Below, piece after piece: positions 41,792 to 52,303 of a stretch of DNA of 64,000 nucleotides; within the stretch, counting starts at the first letter, position 1; the number at the start of each line of letters is the position of its first letter. The notes beneath the pieces are model-generated. The model was not told where the DNA came from. It made no database searches and saw only the letters and a list, made by a program, of their open reading frames with translations. The position numbers and the translations under genes were made by a program. Source of the stretch: Acidobacteriota bacterium (lineage in GTDB: Bacteria > Acidobacteriota > UBA890 > WLXD01); the NCBI GenBank assembly GCA_963666215.2, contig CAXWPL010000005.1:1408001-1472000 (forward strand), read 5' to 3'.

Positions 41792-43615
41792 ATGGGAGTG
41801 AAGACTGTAGCGCTGTGCCTGCTTCTGTCGCTGGCAATCACTCTGACTCTCGGGGGGCTGGCGTTCGCCCAAGAAAGCTCACCTCGATCGGCCTTCTTCG
41901 GCGACATCCACATCCACACCATGTATTCGCTCGACGCTTTCATGGCGAATGTGCGGACAACCCCGGATGATGCCTATCGCTTCGCCAAGGGCGAGGCGAT
42001 CGCACATCCTGCCGGCAAGATGTTGCGGCTCTCCGGGCCGCCGCTCGATTTTCTGATGGTCAGCGATCATGCCGGCTATCTGGGAGTGTTCGCCGGATTC
42101 TCAGACCCGCGCAGCCCGAACTACAACCACCCGGCGAAATCGCAGCCGCCGCCTGCCGTTCAGCAGCTCATCCGCGAGGGCAGCGAGCTCGGAGGCCCGG
42201 CGGTCATAGGCGACGCCTGGCAGCGCGAGATCGAAGCCGCGGAGAGGCACAACGATCCCGGAAAGTTCACCACCTTCATCGGCTATGAGTACTCCGCATG
42301 GACGGGGCCTTCTTCCGCCAGGATGAGCCCCTCACCTGGGAGTCGTCATATGCACCGCAACGTGGTCTTCCGCAGCAGTAATGTTCCGAAGCTTCCCTTC
42401 AGCCGTCGCGATTCCGCCGATCCGGAAGACCTTTGGGACTGGCTCGATCAGCTACGCGCCGAGGGTATCGAGGCGCTCGCGGTACCCCACAATATGAACC
42501 AGAGCGACGGAATCGCCTTCCCCCTGACGACCTGGAAGGGCGGCCCGATCACCAAGGAGTTCGCGAAAAAGCGTATGCGCAACGAGCCGATCGCCGAGAT
42601 CACCCAGAAGAAGGGGACCTCGGAGGTACATCCCTCGCTGTCGCCCAACGACGAATGGGCCGATTTCCAGATCGTGCAGTACTACTTGGATCGAGTGAAC
42701 AACAAGGATCCGATCTCGATCTTCAAAGGCGGTTACTGGCGCGACGCGCTCAAGACCGGTCTCGAGATGGAGGCAAAGAGTGGCTTCAATCCCTATCAGC
42801 AGGGTGCGATCGGGTCGAGCGATTCCCATGTGAGCGCGGGCTCCTACGAGGAGGACAACCGCTTCGACGGTCGAGCCGACACACCCTATTCACGCTTCTC
42901 GGCCTATACCCCTGAGCAGGGAGGCTGGGACGGGTTCTACACCCACCGCCGCGCAACCCACGCAACCGGGGGGTTGGCGGGAGTCTGGGCGGAAGAGAAT
43001 ACCCGTTCGTCGATCTACGATGCGATGCGACGTCGAGAGACCTTCGCGACCTCGGGCCCACGAATCCGGGTCCGCCTCTTCGGAGGCTTCGATCTGCGTG
43101 GGCGGCTCGATGGCTCCTCGGATGCGGCCTCGAGAGCCTACGCGCACGGAGTGCCGATGGGCGGCGTTCTCTCCGGCAGCTTCAAAGGCGCACCGAGCTT
43201 ACTGGTGTGGGCGCTACGCGATCTGGATGCCGGCTGGCTGCAGCGAGTACAGATCGTCAAGGGCTGGGTCGAGAATGGCGAAGCGCAGGAGAAGATTTAC
43301 GACGTGGCTTGTTCGGACGGCCTCGAGCCCGATCCCCAGACCCACCGCTGCCCCGATAACGGGGCCAGAGTGGATCTGAGCGACTGCTCGATAAGCCGCG
43401 ACAAAGGAGCGGTGGAGCTGGATGCGGAGTGGACCGATCCGAGCTTCGATCCCAGCCAGCTGGCTTTCTATTACGCCCGCGTGCTGCAGAACCCCTCCTG
43501 CCGTTGGTCGACCTGGGACGCTGTGCGGCTGGGTATCGAGCCCAATCCCGAGCTCGCCAAGATCATTCAGGAACGGGCGTGGAGCTCGCCGATCTGGTAT
43601 CGGCCGGACCCTTGA
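41792..43615 (+). CDS. DUF3604 (PHP-like) secreted protein
   Basis: RBS plus MGVKTVALC signal, FGDIHIHT, HMHRNVVFR, QERAWSSPIWY. Close paralog of 2616-4427. Confidence 0.88.
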   Translation: MGVKTVALCLLLSLAITLTLGGLAFAQESSPRSAFFGDIHIHTMYSLDAFMANVRTTPDDAYRFAKGEAIAHPAGKMLRLSGPPLDFLMVSDHAGYLGVFAGFSDPRSPNYNHPAKSQPPPAVQQLIREGSELGGPAVIGDAWQREIEAAERHNDPGKFTTFIGYEYSAWTGPSSARMSPSPGSRHMHRNVVFRSSNVPKLPFSRRDSADPEDLWDWLDQLRAEGIEALAVPHNMNQSDGIAFPLTTWKGGPITKEFAKKRMRNEPIAEITQKKGTSEVHPSLSPNDEWADFQIVQYYLDRVNNKDPISIFKGGYWRDALKTGLEMEAKSGFNPYQQGAIGSSDSHVSAGSYEEDNRFDGRADTPYSRFSAYTPEQGGWDGFYTHRRATHATGGLAGVWAEENTRSSIYDAMRRRETFATSGPRIRVRLFGGFDLRGRLDGSSDAASRAYAHGVPMGGVLSGSFKGAPSLLVWALRDLDAGWLQRVQIVKGWVENGEAQEKIYDVACSDGLEPDPQTHRCPDNGARVDLSDCSISRDKGAVELDAEWTDPSFDPSQLAFYYARVLQNPSCRWSTWDAVRLGIEPNPELAKIIQERAWSSPIWYRPDP

Positions 43616-43667
43616 TCAGGCGTGGGATTCCCCACTGCAAGGACTACGAGCCAGCGGTCCCCGCCCA

Positions 43668-43905
43668 TGCTTTTTCAAGCGGGGAGGGCATCTCTTCGTA
43701 GTTCTCGCTCTCTTGTTCGGCTGCGCCGCCCCGTCTGATCGAGAAGATCCGCTGGGAGCAGAGCTACGCCGCGAGGTCGAGCGCTTCATGGCCGAAGGGC
43801 TCGAGGTCGCGACGACGGCGGCGAGCCTGGAGCAAAGGAGCGATCTACTGTGGCGGTGGGGCAATGCCTGGGCCCTCGCCGGCCACGAGCTGCCGGCTCA
43901 GCTCT
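43668..43905 (+). pseudogene. N-terminal stub of a paralog of the 8025-10589 protein
   Basis: LGAELRREVERFMAE...LLWRWGNAWAL aligns by eye with LSPELRQRVDRLIAD...ILWDWANAVSL. Confidence 0.6.
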
Positions 43906-44884
43906 GGCCACTTCCTGTCCAAAATAGCCAGTGTAGATCTGGTATTGATGCCGAGCAATATCGGTAGGGACTCGAATGCTAGTGGCGTCGAGAACCTGCA
44001 CATTGCTGACAGTTTCCCCGTCACAGATCACGACGGCTTCTGCTGCATTCGGCAGGTTGGTGATCTGCAAGGTCGTTGCCTGTCCGGCCACACTGCGATC
44101 GGCGACGTAGGTGCCGATGTTCAGCACCCCGATGTCCTTGTCGTTCCACGCCGTGTCGACACCGAGGCTGGGGTAGTCCACTCCTTCGAGCGTTGGAGCG
44201 GTGAACTTGTCCAGGTGCTTGACCTTGAAGGCATCGATCCAACTCCCCTCGGCGATTTCGCTCATCATCAACTGGGCGGTGCCTATACCCCGAGGCCAGG
44301 GTTCGTCGTAGTTGAACCACCAGCCGAACTTCTCCATGCCGTCGCCAAACCATCGGGGTTCAAAATCGCGCTCGGCCGCCGCGCTCAGGCGCACGACAGC
44401 GGTGTGATCACCGAGTGCCCTGGCCATCACCAGGGCGAGTGCATGGGGTTGAATCTCGCGCTTGGGGTCGTGCCAGCCGTTGGTCTCCGCTGCGGCCTCG
44501 TAGATCTGAGTCGCTAGTTCAGGCGACTGCGGCATGAGATAGAACGCAGTACCCACACCGGCGCCGGCCCTCCCGGGCAGGTTGACTTTGAACTTCTCGA
44601 GAGGGTCGTAGTACATGGTGATCCACTCGATCTGGTTCTGGCCATTGACGCTCATGTAGTTGTCCTTCATGAACTCGATCCAATTCTCGAACCTGCCAAA
44701 TGAAGCGCAACCAGCCCTGGGTGCGTTCGTTGTGTTTCGGGTAGAAGTTCGGCGCGAACCTGGGCGTGCCCGAAGAGACACGACTTTGCGACACGCCAAC
44801 CGAGGCACCCAGAGATGCGGCACCGCCTGCTATTGCAACACTCTTCAGGAAGTTACGCCTGGTTCTGCCTTGCGACCGCGACAT
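43905..44884 (-). pseudogene. Tat-exported linalool dehydratase/isomerase-like protein, internally deleted
   Basis: RRNFLKS Tat signal, FYPKHNERTQGWLRFIWQ, then a frame jump to MYYDPL...FYLMPQSPELA...GWWFNYDEPWPRG. Confidence 0.55.
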
Positions 44885-44901
44885 GCCTCCACCTCCTAGG
44901 T

Positions 44902-44992
44902 CACCCGAATATTCTGACACGCGGGCGGTGAGGGATTTGCGGCCAAGCCGTCAGCCCAAAGGGCTGATCGCGCACGCCCAGAATCCCGTTGG
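44902..44992. repeat. Dispersed direct repeat copy A (IS-end-like)
   Basis: CACCCGAATATTCTGACAC...AGGGATTTGC...TCAGCCCAAAGGGCTGATC...GCCCAGAATC. Confidence 0.6.
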
Positions 44993-45206
44993 ATTTCACT
45001 GCCTCTGCGCCTCATCTTCCGACCCGGCGTTGTACGATCATTCTCTCCAGTGATTACCGGGTCGACGAAGCCGAGGCCGCAGGTCACTGCGGTCGGGCGT
45101 CGCGAACCGGGCGACGATCAACGGCGGATCGCGGACGCTTTCGCGCGCCTCGTAAACCGCCTCGCGGCCACTCAAGACGGCCGTCGGACACTGCTGGATC
45201 ATCGTC

Positions 45207-46250
45207 ATGCGCATCAACTACACCAGACTCGCGTTGCTCCTTCTCGTCATCGCGGCCCCCGGCGTCGCGGCCCAGCCGCCCCCGAATCCCTATCGTCTCG
45301 TCGAGGACTGGCCACAGCTCCCAACGACGATGAACGGCGGCGAGTGGGGGGAGACGATCGGCGTCGATCGTGATCACGACGGGAACATCTGGGTCTTTCA
45401 CCGGTGCTTCAACGATGAGCCGGCCGGCGCAGCCACCTGTGTCGGCAGGGACGATGATCCACCGATCCTGAAGTTCCATCCGTCCGGCGAGCTGCTCGAT
45501 AGCTGGGGCGAAGGTCGCTTCGCGGCACCGCACGGGTTTCACATCGACCCGGAGGGGAACCTCTGGGCGACCGACTACAACGGCAGCGAGACCGTGCTCG
45601 GTCTGTCGGCCGGCGGCCGCGGGCATCAGGTGTTCAAGTTCAGCCCGACGGGCGAGCTGCTGCTGACGCTGGGTCAAGCGGGGGTCGCGGGGAACGGACC
45701 GGACACCTTCGACCGGCCGTCCGATGTCGCGGTCGCCGACAATGGGGACATCTTCGTGACCGATGGCCACGGGCCCAACAACCGGGTCGTGAAGTTCGCG
45801 AAGGACGGGCGGTTCATCACGACCTGGGGAGGGCCAGGCGACGGACCCGGCGAGTTCAACCAACCGCACACCCTGTCGCTGGATACGCAAGGACGCGTGT
45901 TCGTCGGGGATCGATCGAACAGCCGTATTCAGATCTTCGAGCCCGACGGCACGTTCGTCGCTGAATGGAAACAGTTCGGTCGGCCGAGCGGCATGTTCAT
46001 CGACGAGGACGACATCTTGTATGTCACCGACTCGACGTCGAATTCGAGAAACAACCCCGGCTTCAACCGCGGGATCTACATCGGCAGCGCGAGGGATGGC
46101 TCGGTCACCGCCTACATTGCGGATCCCGATCTCGACCAACAGGAAGTGCGTGGCATCTCGGGGGCGTCGGGCATCACCGCGGATCGCGCTGGCAACGTCT
46201 ACGCAGCCGACGTCGGCCCAAAACGGATACGGAAATACGTCAAGCCCTGA
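45207..46250 (+). CDS. NHL-repeat (peptidylglycine lyase-like) secreted protein
   Basis: FAAPHGFHIDPEGNLWATD, FDRPSDVAVADNGDIFVTDG, GEFNQPH. Confidence 0.88.
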   Translation: MRINYTRLALLLLVIAAPGVAAQPPPNPYRLVEDWPQLPTTMNGGEWGETIGVDRDHDGNIWVFHRCFNDEPAGAATCVGRDDDPPILKFHPSGELLDSWGEGRFAAPHGFHIDPEGNLWATDYNGSETVLGLSAGGRGHQVFKFSPTGELLLTLGQAGVAGNGPDTFDRPSDVAVADNGDIFVTDGHGPNNRVVKFAKDGRFITTWGGPGDGPGEFNQPHTLSLDTQGRVFVGDRSNSRIQIFEPDGTFVAEWKQFGRPSGMFIDEDDILYVTDSTSNSRNNPGFNRGIYIGSARDGSVTAYIADPDLDQQEVRGISGASGITADRAGNVYAADVGPKRIRKYVKP

Positions 46251-46307
46251 TGGTCCGTCCAGAACCCTGAGCCGGGTGCGCTACACTCGCCGGCACTGGA
46301 GGCCAGA

Positions 46308-47414
46308 ATGCTCGCAAAACAGCTAACGACACTCGCTGCACTCACGCTTCTCGCCGCCGCGTGCGGGTCGCCGCCGTCCGCCACCGAGGCGCCCGCCGCC
46401 GAGATGGACGTCCTGCAGCCACCGCCTGGGGTCGACATCGACCGCGCCTATGCTCCCGGTCAGGTGGTCGATGCGCAGGGGCTGGCCGGTTGGTATCCGC
46501 ACGAAGGCGGGTTGATGGAGTATCGCGTTGCGATCCGCTTCGGTCTGGAGCCGAACACGATGCCGGACGGCTGGACCTTCGGCCGAGTGTCCGCCGTGGC
46601 GACCGACTCCAGCGGTCAGGTCTTCGTGTTTCATCGCGGCGACGTCGCCGATCCGATCATCGTCTTCGATGCCAAAGGCAACTACCTGCGGTCCTTCGGG
46701 CGCGATCTGGACTTCGGCAACGAGCACGGGCTGCGCATCGACCGCTATGACAACGTCTGGGTCACGGACAACGGCGACCATCAGGTGATGAAGTTCACCA
46801 ACGATGGCGAGCTGCTCATGACGCTCGGCACCAAAGGAGAGGCTGGCACCACCGACGACACCTTCGATCGTCCGGCAGATATCGCCTTCGGTCCCGACGA
46901 CGAGCTCTACGTCGCCGATGGGTATGGCAACAGCCGGGTGGTCAAGTTCGACGCCGAGGGGAATTTCGTCACGACGTGGGGCACGCCTGGCTCAGCCCCC
47001 GGCGAGTTCGACCTCGTGCACTCGATCGCTGTGGACTCCCGGGGGCGCGTGTATGCCAGCGACCGCGAGAACAACCGGATCCAGATCTTCGATGAGAACG
47101 GCGAGCTCCTGAGGATGTGGACTCATCTCGGGGCGACCCAGAACATCTTCATCACACCTGACGACCAGGTGTGGGTCATCACCCACCGCGACAACGTCGA
47201 GAACATCACCTACGACACACTCGCCGGCCGGATCATGCGGGTCGACATCGAGACGGGTGAAGTCATCGGTGCCATGGAGAGCCCCGGGCACTGGATTGAC
47301 GTCGCCGCCAGTGGCGAGATCTTCATCGGGAGTCTTACCGGTAACGTGTTCCGATGGTACGAAGGCTGGATGGAGACCGAGGAAGCGGCGCAGGCGGAAC
47401 GGCCGGCTGCTTAG
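46308..47414 (+). CDS. NHL-repeat lipoprotein
   Basis: Lipobox AAAC, FDRPADIAF...VADGYGNSRVVKFD, GEFDLVHSIAVD. Confidence 0.88.
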   Translation: MLAKQLTTLAALTLLAAACGSPPSATEAPAAEMDVLQPPPGVDIDRAYAPGQVVDAQGLAGWYPHEGGLMEYRVAIRFGLEPNTMPDGWTFGRVSAVATDSSGQVFVFHRGDVADPIIVFDAKGNYLRSFGRDLDFGNEHGLRIDRYDNVWVTDNGDHQVMKFTNDGELLMTLGTKGEAGTTDDTFDRPADIAFGPDDELYVADGYGNSRVVKFDAEGNFVTTWGTPGSAPGEFDLVHSIAVDSRGRVYASDRENNRIQIFDENGELLRMWTHLGATQNIFITPDDQVWVITHRDNVENITYDTLAGRIMRVDIETGEVIGAMESPGHWIDVAASGEIFIGSLTGNVFRWYEGWMETEEAAQAERPAA

Positions 47415-47418
47415 GTGC

Positions 47419-47504
47419 CACCCGAATACTCTGACACCCGGGCGAGGGATTTGCAGTCGAGCGGTCAGCCCGAAGGGCTGATCACGAACGCCCAGAATCG
47501 TTGG
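47419..47504. repeat. Dispersed direct repeat copy B (IS-end-like)
   Basis: CACCCGAATACTCTGACAC...AGGGATTTGC...TCAGCCCGAAGGGCTGATC...GCCCAGAATC. Confidence 0.6.
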
Positions 47505-47678
47505 GGCTACCTGCCCGCTCACGGGGTACCTCAACCCAAACGTTTTCTTGCTGGAACAAGCTCGGGCTCGAGGATGGCCGGCTCGCTGGCGCGAACACCA
47601 TGAGGCGATCAATTTCCAGGAAGCACCCCGGGTGATCGGGCTCGAGATATCGTATCAGCGGTGAGCAAGGAGGCTTTG

Positions 47679-49490
47679 ATGCGCATCCGTTCGAGTATCG
47701 TGTTGGGCCTGCTTTTGGCCGGGGCCCCCTGCGGGTCGCGTGCATCCGAGAGAGCGGCCTTCAAGAATGCCTACTTCGGCGACCTGCACGTGCACACCGC
47801 GATGTCGTTCGACGCCTTCATTTGGCATGTCAGGGGCACGCCGGATGATGCTTATCGCTTCGCGAAAGGCGAGGCGGTGCGCCATGCGTCCGGCGAGGTC
47901 ATGCGCCTGTCGGGTCCACCGCTGGACTTTCTGGCGGTCACGGATCATGCAGAGTACCTGGGTGTGATGGATAAGCTGACGGATCCCGACCATCCGTTCT
48001 CAAAGCTCCCCAGCGCGCGTCGGTTGATCAAGGATAGTCGGGAAGGAATTCAAGCTGCCTTTGACCTGGTTGCGGGACCGTTTGTTGCGGAAAGCCGGCC
48101 CGTCGAGGGCTTATGGGATCATGGGGTGATTCGCCAGAGTTGGCAGGAGGCGCAGGCCGCGGCCGACCGGCACTATGAGCCCGGCGTGTTCACCACGATC
48201 AAGGGGTTCGAGTACACGTCGTCGCCCACCGGCCATGGCAACCTGCACCGCAACGTGTTCTTTCGAACGGGGAAGGCGTCCGACACCGTGTTCAGCCTGT
48301 TCGACTCGCCCAACCCAGAGGATCTCTGGCGATGGCTGGACGAGCAGCGCTCCCGTGGCATCGAAGTTCTCGCCGTACCCCACAATCCGAACTGGAGCCG
48401 GAATTCGATGTTCGCTCGAGTGACGTATTCGGGCGAGCCGGTGGATGCCGAGTGGGCCGAGCGACGAGTGCGCAACGAGCCGCTGGTGGAGATCACGCAG
48501 ATCAAAGGCACATCCGAGACCAATCCCGCGCTCTCGCCCAACGATGAGTGGGCGGACTTCGCCCTGTACTTGGGCGACCGGAATGACCCGGCGCCCGCCA
48601 GCTACGTCCGCAGCGCACTACTGACCGGGCTGTCCCTGGCAGACGAGCTGGGGATCAACCCGTATCGGCTGGGGATCATCGGCTCGACGGATGCACACAA
48701 TGCGGCCTCCACGTTCGAGGAAGATGCGTTGTTCGGGTTCTTAGGGTTGAAGGACGGCACCGCCGAGTTGAGACAATCGGTGCCGCCGGACGGCGCGTCC
48801 GTCTGGCCCGAGGAAACAATCCCGCTCACGACCTCCGCCACGGTAGGAGCGAGTGGCCTGGCTGGCGTATGGGCGGAAGAAAATACCCGCGAGGCGATTT
48901 TCGACGCGCTCGCGCGTCGGGAGACGTTTGCCACCTCCGGACCGCACATCCGCGTCCGATTCTTCGGCGGGTACGGAGTCGCCAGCTTGATCAGTCGGCC
49001 AGACTTCGTAGAACAGGCATACCGGAAGGGCGTGCCCATGGGCGGCGAGCTGAAATCCGAGCGACGCCAAGCACCGGAGTTCCTGGTCTGGGCGGTGCGC
49101 GATCCGAACAGCACTTGGCTTCAGCGGGTGCAGATCGTGAAGGGCTGGCTGTCCGATGGCAAAACCCACGAACGGGTCTACGACGTCGGGTGCTCGGACG
49201 GCTTGCAGCCCGGTGAAACCCACCGGTGTCCGGACAACGGCGCCCAGGTGGATCTGCGGGACTGTTCGGTCTCTCGGCACTCGGGTGCGTCGGAGCTGCG
49301 TGTCGCCTGGCGGGATCCAGACTTCGAGCGCCGCCAGCCCGCTTTTTATTACGTGCGAGTATTGGAAAACCCCACCTGCCGGTGGTCCACTTGGGACTCC
49401 CTGCGAGCGGGCGTTGAACGGAATCCGCAACTACCGGCTACGATTCAGGAACGGGCCTGGTCCTCGCCCATCTGGTACTCGCCTCGATAA
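47679..49490 (+). CDS. DUF3604 (PHP-like) protein
   Basis: YFGDLHVHT, NLHRNVFFR, GSTDAH, QERAWSSPIWY. Confidence 0.88.
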   Translation: MRIRSSIVLGLLLAGAPCGSRASERAAFKNAYFGDLHVHTAMSFDAFIWHVRGTPDDAYRFAKGEAVRHASGEVMRLSGPPLDFLAVTDHAEYLGVMDKLTDPDHPFSKLPSARRLIKDSREGIQAAFDLVAGPFVAESRPVEGLWDHGVIRQSWQEAQAAADRHYEPGVFTTIKGFEYTSSPTGHGNLHRNVFFRTGKASDTVFSLFDSPNPEDLWRWLDEQRSRGIEVLAVPHNPNWSRNSMFARVTYSGEPVDAEWAERRVRNEPLVEITQIKGTSETNPALSPNDEWADFALYLGDRNDPAPASYVRSALLTGLSLADELGINPYRLGIIGSTDAHNAASTFEEDALFGFLGLKDGTAELRQSVPPDGASVWPEETIPLTTSATVGASGLAGVWAEENTREAIFDALARRETFATSGPHIRVRFFGGYGVASLISRPDFVEQAYRKGVPMGGELKSERRQAPEFLVWAVRDPNSTWLQRVQIVKGWLSDGKTHERVYDVGCSDGLQPGETHRCPDNGAQVDLRDCSVSRHSGASELRVAWRDPDFERRQPAFYYVRVLENPTCRWSTWDSLRAGVERNPQLPATIQERAWSSPIWYSPR

Positions 49491-49539
49491 CATCTCGAGG
49501 GGATAGACGGGGCGCGCGGGGCCGGCTATTGCGTGGAAA

Positions 49540-51276
49540 TCAGTCCGCCTCGGGCAGAGCGAAGACCCAGAGCACCCCGCCGAAGGGGATGTAGGTCTTG
49601 GTACCGAGAAATCGATCGATGCCGCGCATCCCACGCTGGGCATCGACTCCCCAGCCCGATTGGACGGCGACGTACTGTGTACCGTCGATCTCGTAGGACG
49701 AGGGCACTCCGGTAATCCCCGAGTTGGTGCGCTGCCGCCAGAGGATGTCGCCCGTGGTGGCGTCGAAAGCACGGAAGTATCGGTCGCCGGTACCGCCCAT
49801 GAATACGAGACCCCCTCCCGTGGTGAGTACCGGCCCCCACAGCTGGAGCTCGAACTCCGTGGTCCACACCTTCTTGCCGGCATTGAGATCCCAGGCCTGG
49901 AGCTCTCCGATGTGATCCCAGCCCTCGCGCAGAGAAGATCTCCCGCCCGACCCGCTCGGCAGACGGGGGCAGCAGCCGGTGAAAACGCGGCCGGGGCGGT
50001 ACTCGACCTCCTCGCCTTCCAAGGTGGAACACGTGTTCTCGTTGGCGGGAATGTAGAGCAGGCCCGTCTTCGGGTTGTAGGCCGCGGGCGGCCAGTTCTT
50101 GCCGCCAGCCACGCCCGGACAGGTGAGCGCCGATTTGCCGGTACCGGGCGTGTGCTCGGGGTCGTAAGAGGGGCGCCCGGTCTTCGCGTCGATCGAAGCG
50201 AACGCATTCTGGTAGACGTAGGCAGTTGCATCGATGAAGCCGATGGACTTCTTCTTGCGCTCGAGGATCCAGAGGTAGCCGTTGCGGCCGGGGTGAACGA
50301 GCGCCTTACGTGTGCGACCGCCACGCTTCACATCCAGCAGCATTGGGGGGTCGACCTCGTCCCAGTCCCAGGAGCCGTTCCAGTGATATTGGTGATGGCC
50401 TCGCAGCTTGCCCGAGTCGGCATCGAGAGCGATGACCGAGGTGGCGTAGAGGTTGTCGCCCGGACGGGCGTCGCCCATCCAGGGACCTCCGTTGCCGGTG
50501 CCCCAGTAGGTCAGGTTTAGCTTCGGATCATAGGTGCCGGTGACCCAGACCGGGGCACCTCCGGTGCGCCAGGTCTCGCCCGGCCAGCTCTTGTGCCCGC
50601 GCTCGCCGGGGCCGGGAATGGTGTAGGTCTTCCACACTTCGTCCCCGGACTCGGCGTCGAGGGCGGTGACGAATCCGCGGATGCCCCACTCTCCGCCAGA
50701 AACGCCGACCATGATCTTGCCGTTGATCGCCAGCGGCGCCATGGTCATGTAGTAGCCGACGGAGTAGTCCTCCACCGCCTTTTCCCACACCACCTCACCG
50801 GTCGTCGCTTCCAGTGCGACGACGAAGGCATCGACTGTCGCGACATAGACCTTGTCTTGCCACAGCGCCACGCCCCGGTTGGTGGGGTGCATCTGCTGCA
50901 GGTCTTCGGGCAGGTCGCGCACGTAGCGCCACAGTGAATTGCCGGTACGCGCGTCGAGAGCGATGATGCGGCTGCCCGGAGTGGTGATGAACATGATGCC
51001 GTCGTTGACGATGGGCGGTGACTGGTGTCCCTCGTTCGCGCTGGTGGAGAAGGTCCACAGCGGAGCGAGCGAAGCTACGTTGGAGGTGTCGATCTGCTCC
51101 AGGGGGCTGTAGCCCCAACCGTCGTAGGTGCGGCGATACATGAGCCAGTTCTCGGGCTCGGGCTCGAGCAGCCTCTCTTGGGTGACCGGACGGTAGGCCG
51201 GTGCATCCTGGGCGGCGAGGGCCGCCGGGACGACCAGGGTGGCAATGAGCACGAGGATTCTGCTGGAACGAAGCAT
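49540..51276 (-). CDS. PQQ-dependent dehydrogenase, copy 2
   Basis: Near-identical to 32502-34259 except one loop and scattered substitutions. Confidence 0.92.
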   Translation of the reverse strand: MLRSSRILVLIATLVVPAALAAQDAPAYRPVTQERLLEPEPENWLMYRRTYDGWGYSPLEQIDTSNVASLAPLWTFSTSANEGHQSPPIVNDGIMFITTPGSRIIALDARTGNSLWRYVRDLPEDLQQMHPTNRGVALWQDKVYVATVDAFVVALEATTGEVVWEKAVEDYSVGYYMTMAPLAINGKIMVGVSGGEWGIRGFVTALDAESGDEVWKTYTIPGPGERGHKSWPGETWRTGGAPVWVTGTYDPKLNLTYWGTGNGGPWMGDARPGDNLYATSVIALDADSGKLRGHHQYHWNGSWDWDEVDPPMLLDVKRGGRTRKALVHPGRNGYLWILERKKKSIGFIDATAYVYQNAFASIDAKTGRPSYDPEHTPGTGKSALTCPGVAGGKNWPPAAYNPKTGLLYIPANENTCSTLEGEEVEYRPGRVFTGCCPRLPSGSGGRSSLREGWDHIGELQAWDLNAGKKVWTTEFELQLWGPVLTTGGGLVFMGGTGDRYFRAFDATTGDILWRQRTNSGITGVPSSYEIDGTQYVAVQSGWGVDAQRGMRGIDRFLGTKTYIPFGGVLWVFALPEAD

Positions 51277-51848
51277 CAGAGCTCCTTTTGGAAACGGATC
51301 TTGCCGCTGAAGCTGCCGGCAGCGATGAGGGTCCCATCCTCCTGCTTGAGGGGAAGGTAGGGAAGCCTCCGCGGCGCCGGGCCGGAGATTACCACAGCGC
51401 TGTTGCGCGGATCGAACTCGGTCTCGTGACAGGAGCAGAGCATGTAGCGTGTCCCGTCGTCCCACATCGAAATATCACATCCGGTGTGGGTGCAAATCCC
51501 CGAGTAGGCAACGACTCCCTCGGCCGAGACCGCTCGCGTCTCCTCGGCGAGCTCTTCGGGATCGAAGCGAAGCACGAGTACCTGATTGAGCCGCGAGCCA
51601 TCTCGCACCACTCCGCTGTTCGGGTCCTTGGCGTAGCAGGTCACCTGCTCGCCGTTCGGCTCGAGATCGGCGATTCTGACCGTCTCTCCCTGCTTGTCTC
51701 CGAAGGCGTAGACGAGGAAGTCGCCTTCTTGCGGACGCGCCTTTCGCGCCGCCTCCTCGTCCTGGGCATGCGCACGTCCGACCCCGCGCAGGCCCAGCAA
51801 GAACGCGAGCGTCGACTTGAAGAGGGTACGGCGATCTCTCGGCTTCAT
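51276..51848 (-). CDS. Rieske [2Fe-2S] protein, copy 2
   Basis: CTHTGC...CSCH. Two residue differences from copy 1 in the ORF track. Confidence 0.92.
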   Translation of the reverse strand: MKPRDRRTLFKSTLAFLLGLRGVGRAHAQDEEAARKARPQEGDFLVYAFGDKQGETVRIADLEPNGEQVTCYAKDPNSGVVRDGSRLNQVLVLRFDPEELAEETRAVSAEGVVAYSGICTHTGCDISMWDDGTRYMLCSCHETEFDPRNSAVVISGPAPRRLPYLPLKQEDGTLIAAGSFSGKIRFQKEL

Positions 51849-51877
51849 TGCAGAAGCTGGAGCCTATCTCACAGCGC

Positions 51878-52303
51878 GTGCGGTGACGCCTACTCTCTGC
51901 AGCGCCTCGACGAAGGGCGCCGCCTGCCGGGCCACGTCGGCTCGACCGTCGGAGTGAACGACGAGGAAGGGAGGCGTCGTGCCGTCGGGGCCCAAGTGAT
52001 GGATAGGTGAAACGGCGTTCCAGGCGGCGGGGTCCTCGCCGAAGACCCGCCGCATCATCTCGCCAAAAGTGCTCGCCGGATCAGTCTCTTCGATGATTCG
52101 CTCTACGTTGTAGGGGCCGGTCGCGAGAGAGATGACCCCGGCGATGGTTGCCGGGGCGATATTCTGCTCGGTGAGGAATGCCGTGTTGGTGCCGACGACC
52201 GAGACCAGATGTGCGCCGGACCAGCCCATGAGGAAGATGCGCGATGGGTCGCCGCCGTAGTCAGCGGCATTATCGTGAAGCCACCGCGTAGCTCGGGCAA
52301 TGT
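51878..52303 (-). pseudogene. Alpha/beta hydrolase internal fragment
   Basis: DIARATRWLHDNAADYGGDPSRIFLMGWSGAHLV...SPIHHL...PPFLVVH. Confidence 0.7.
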
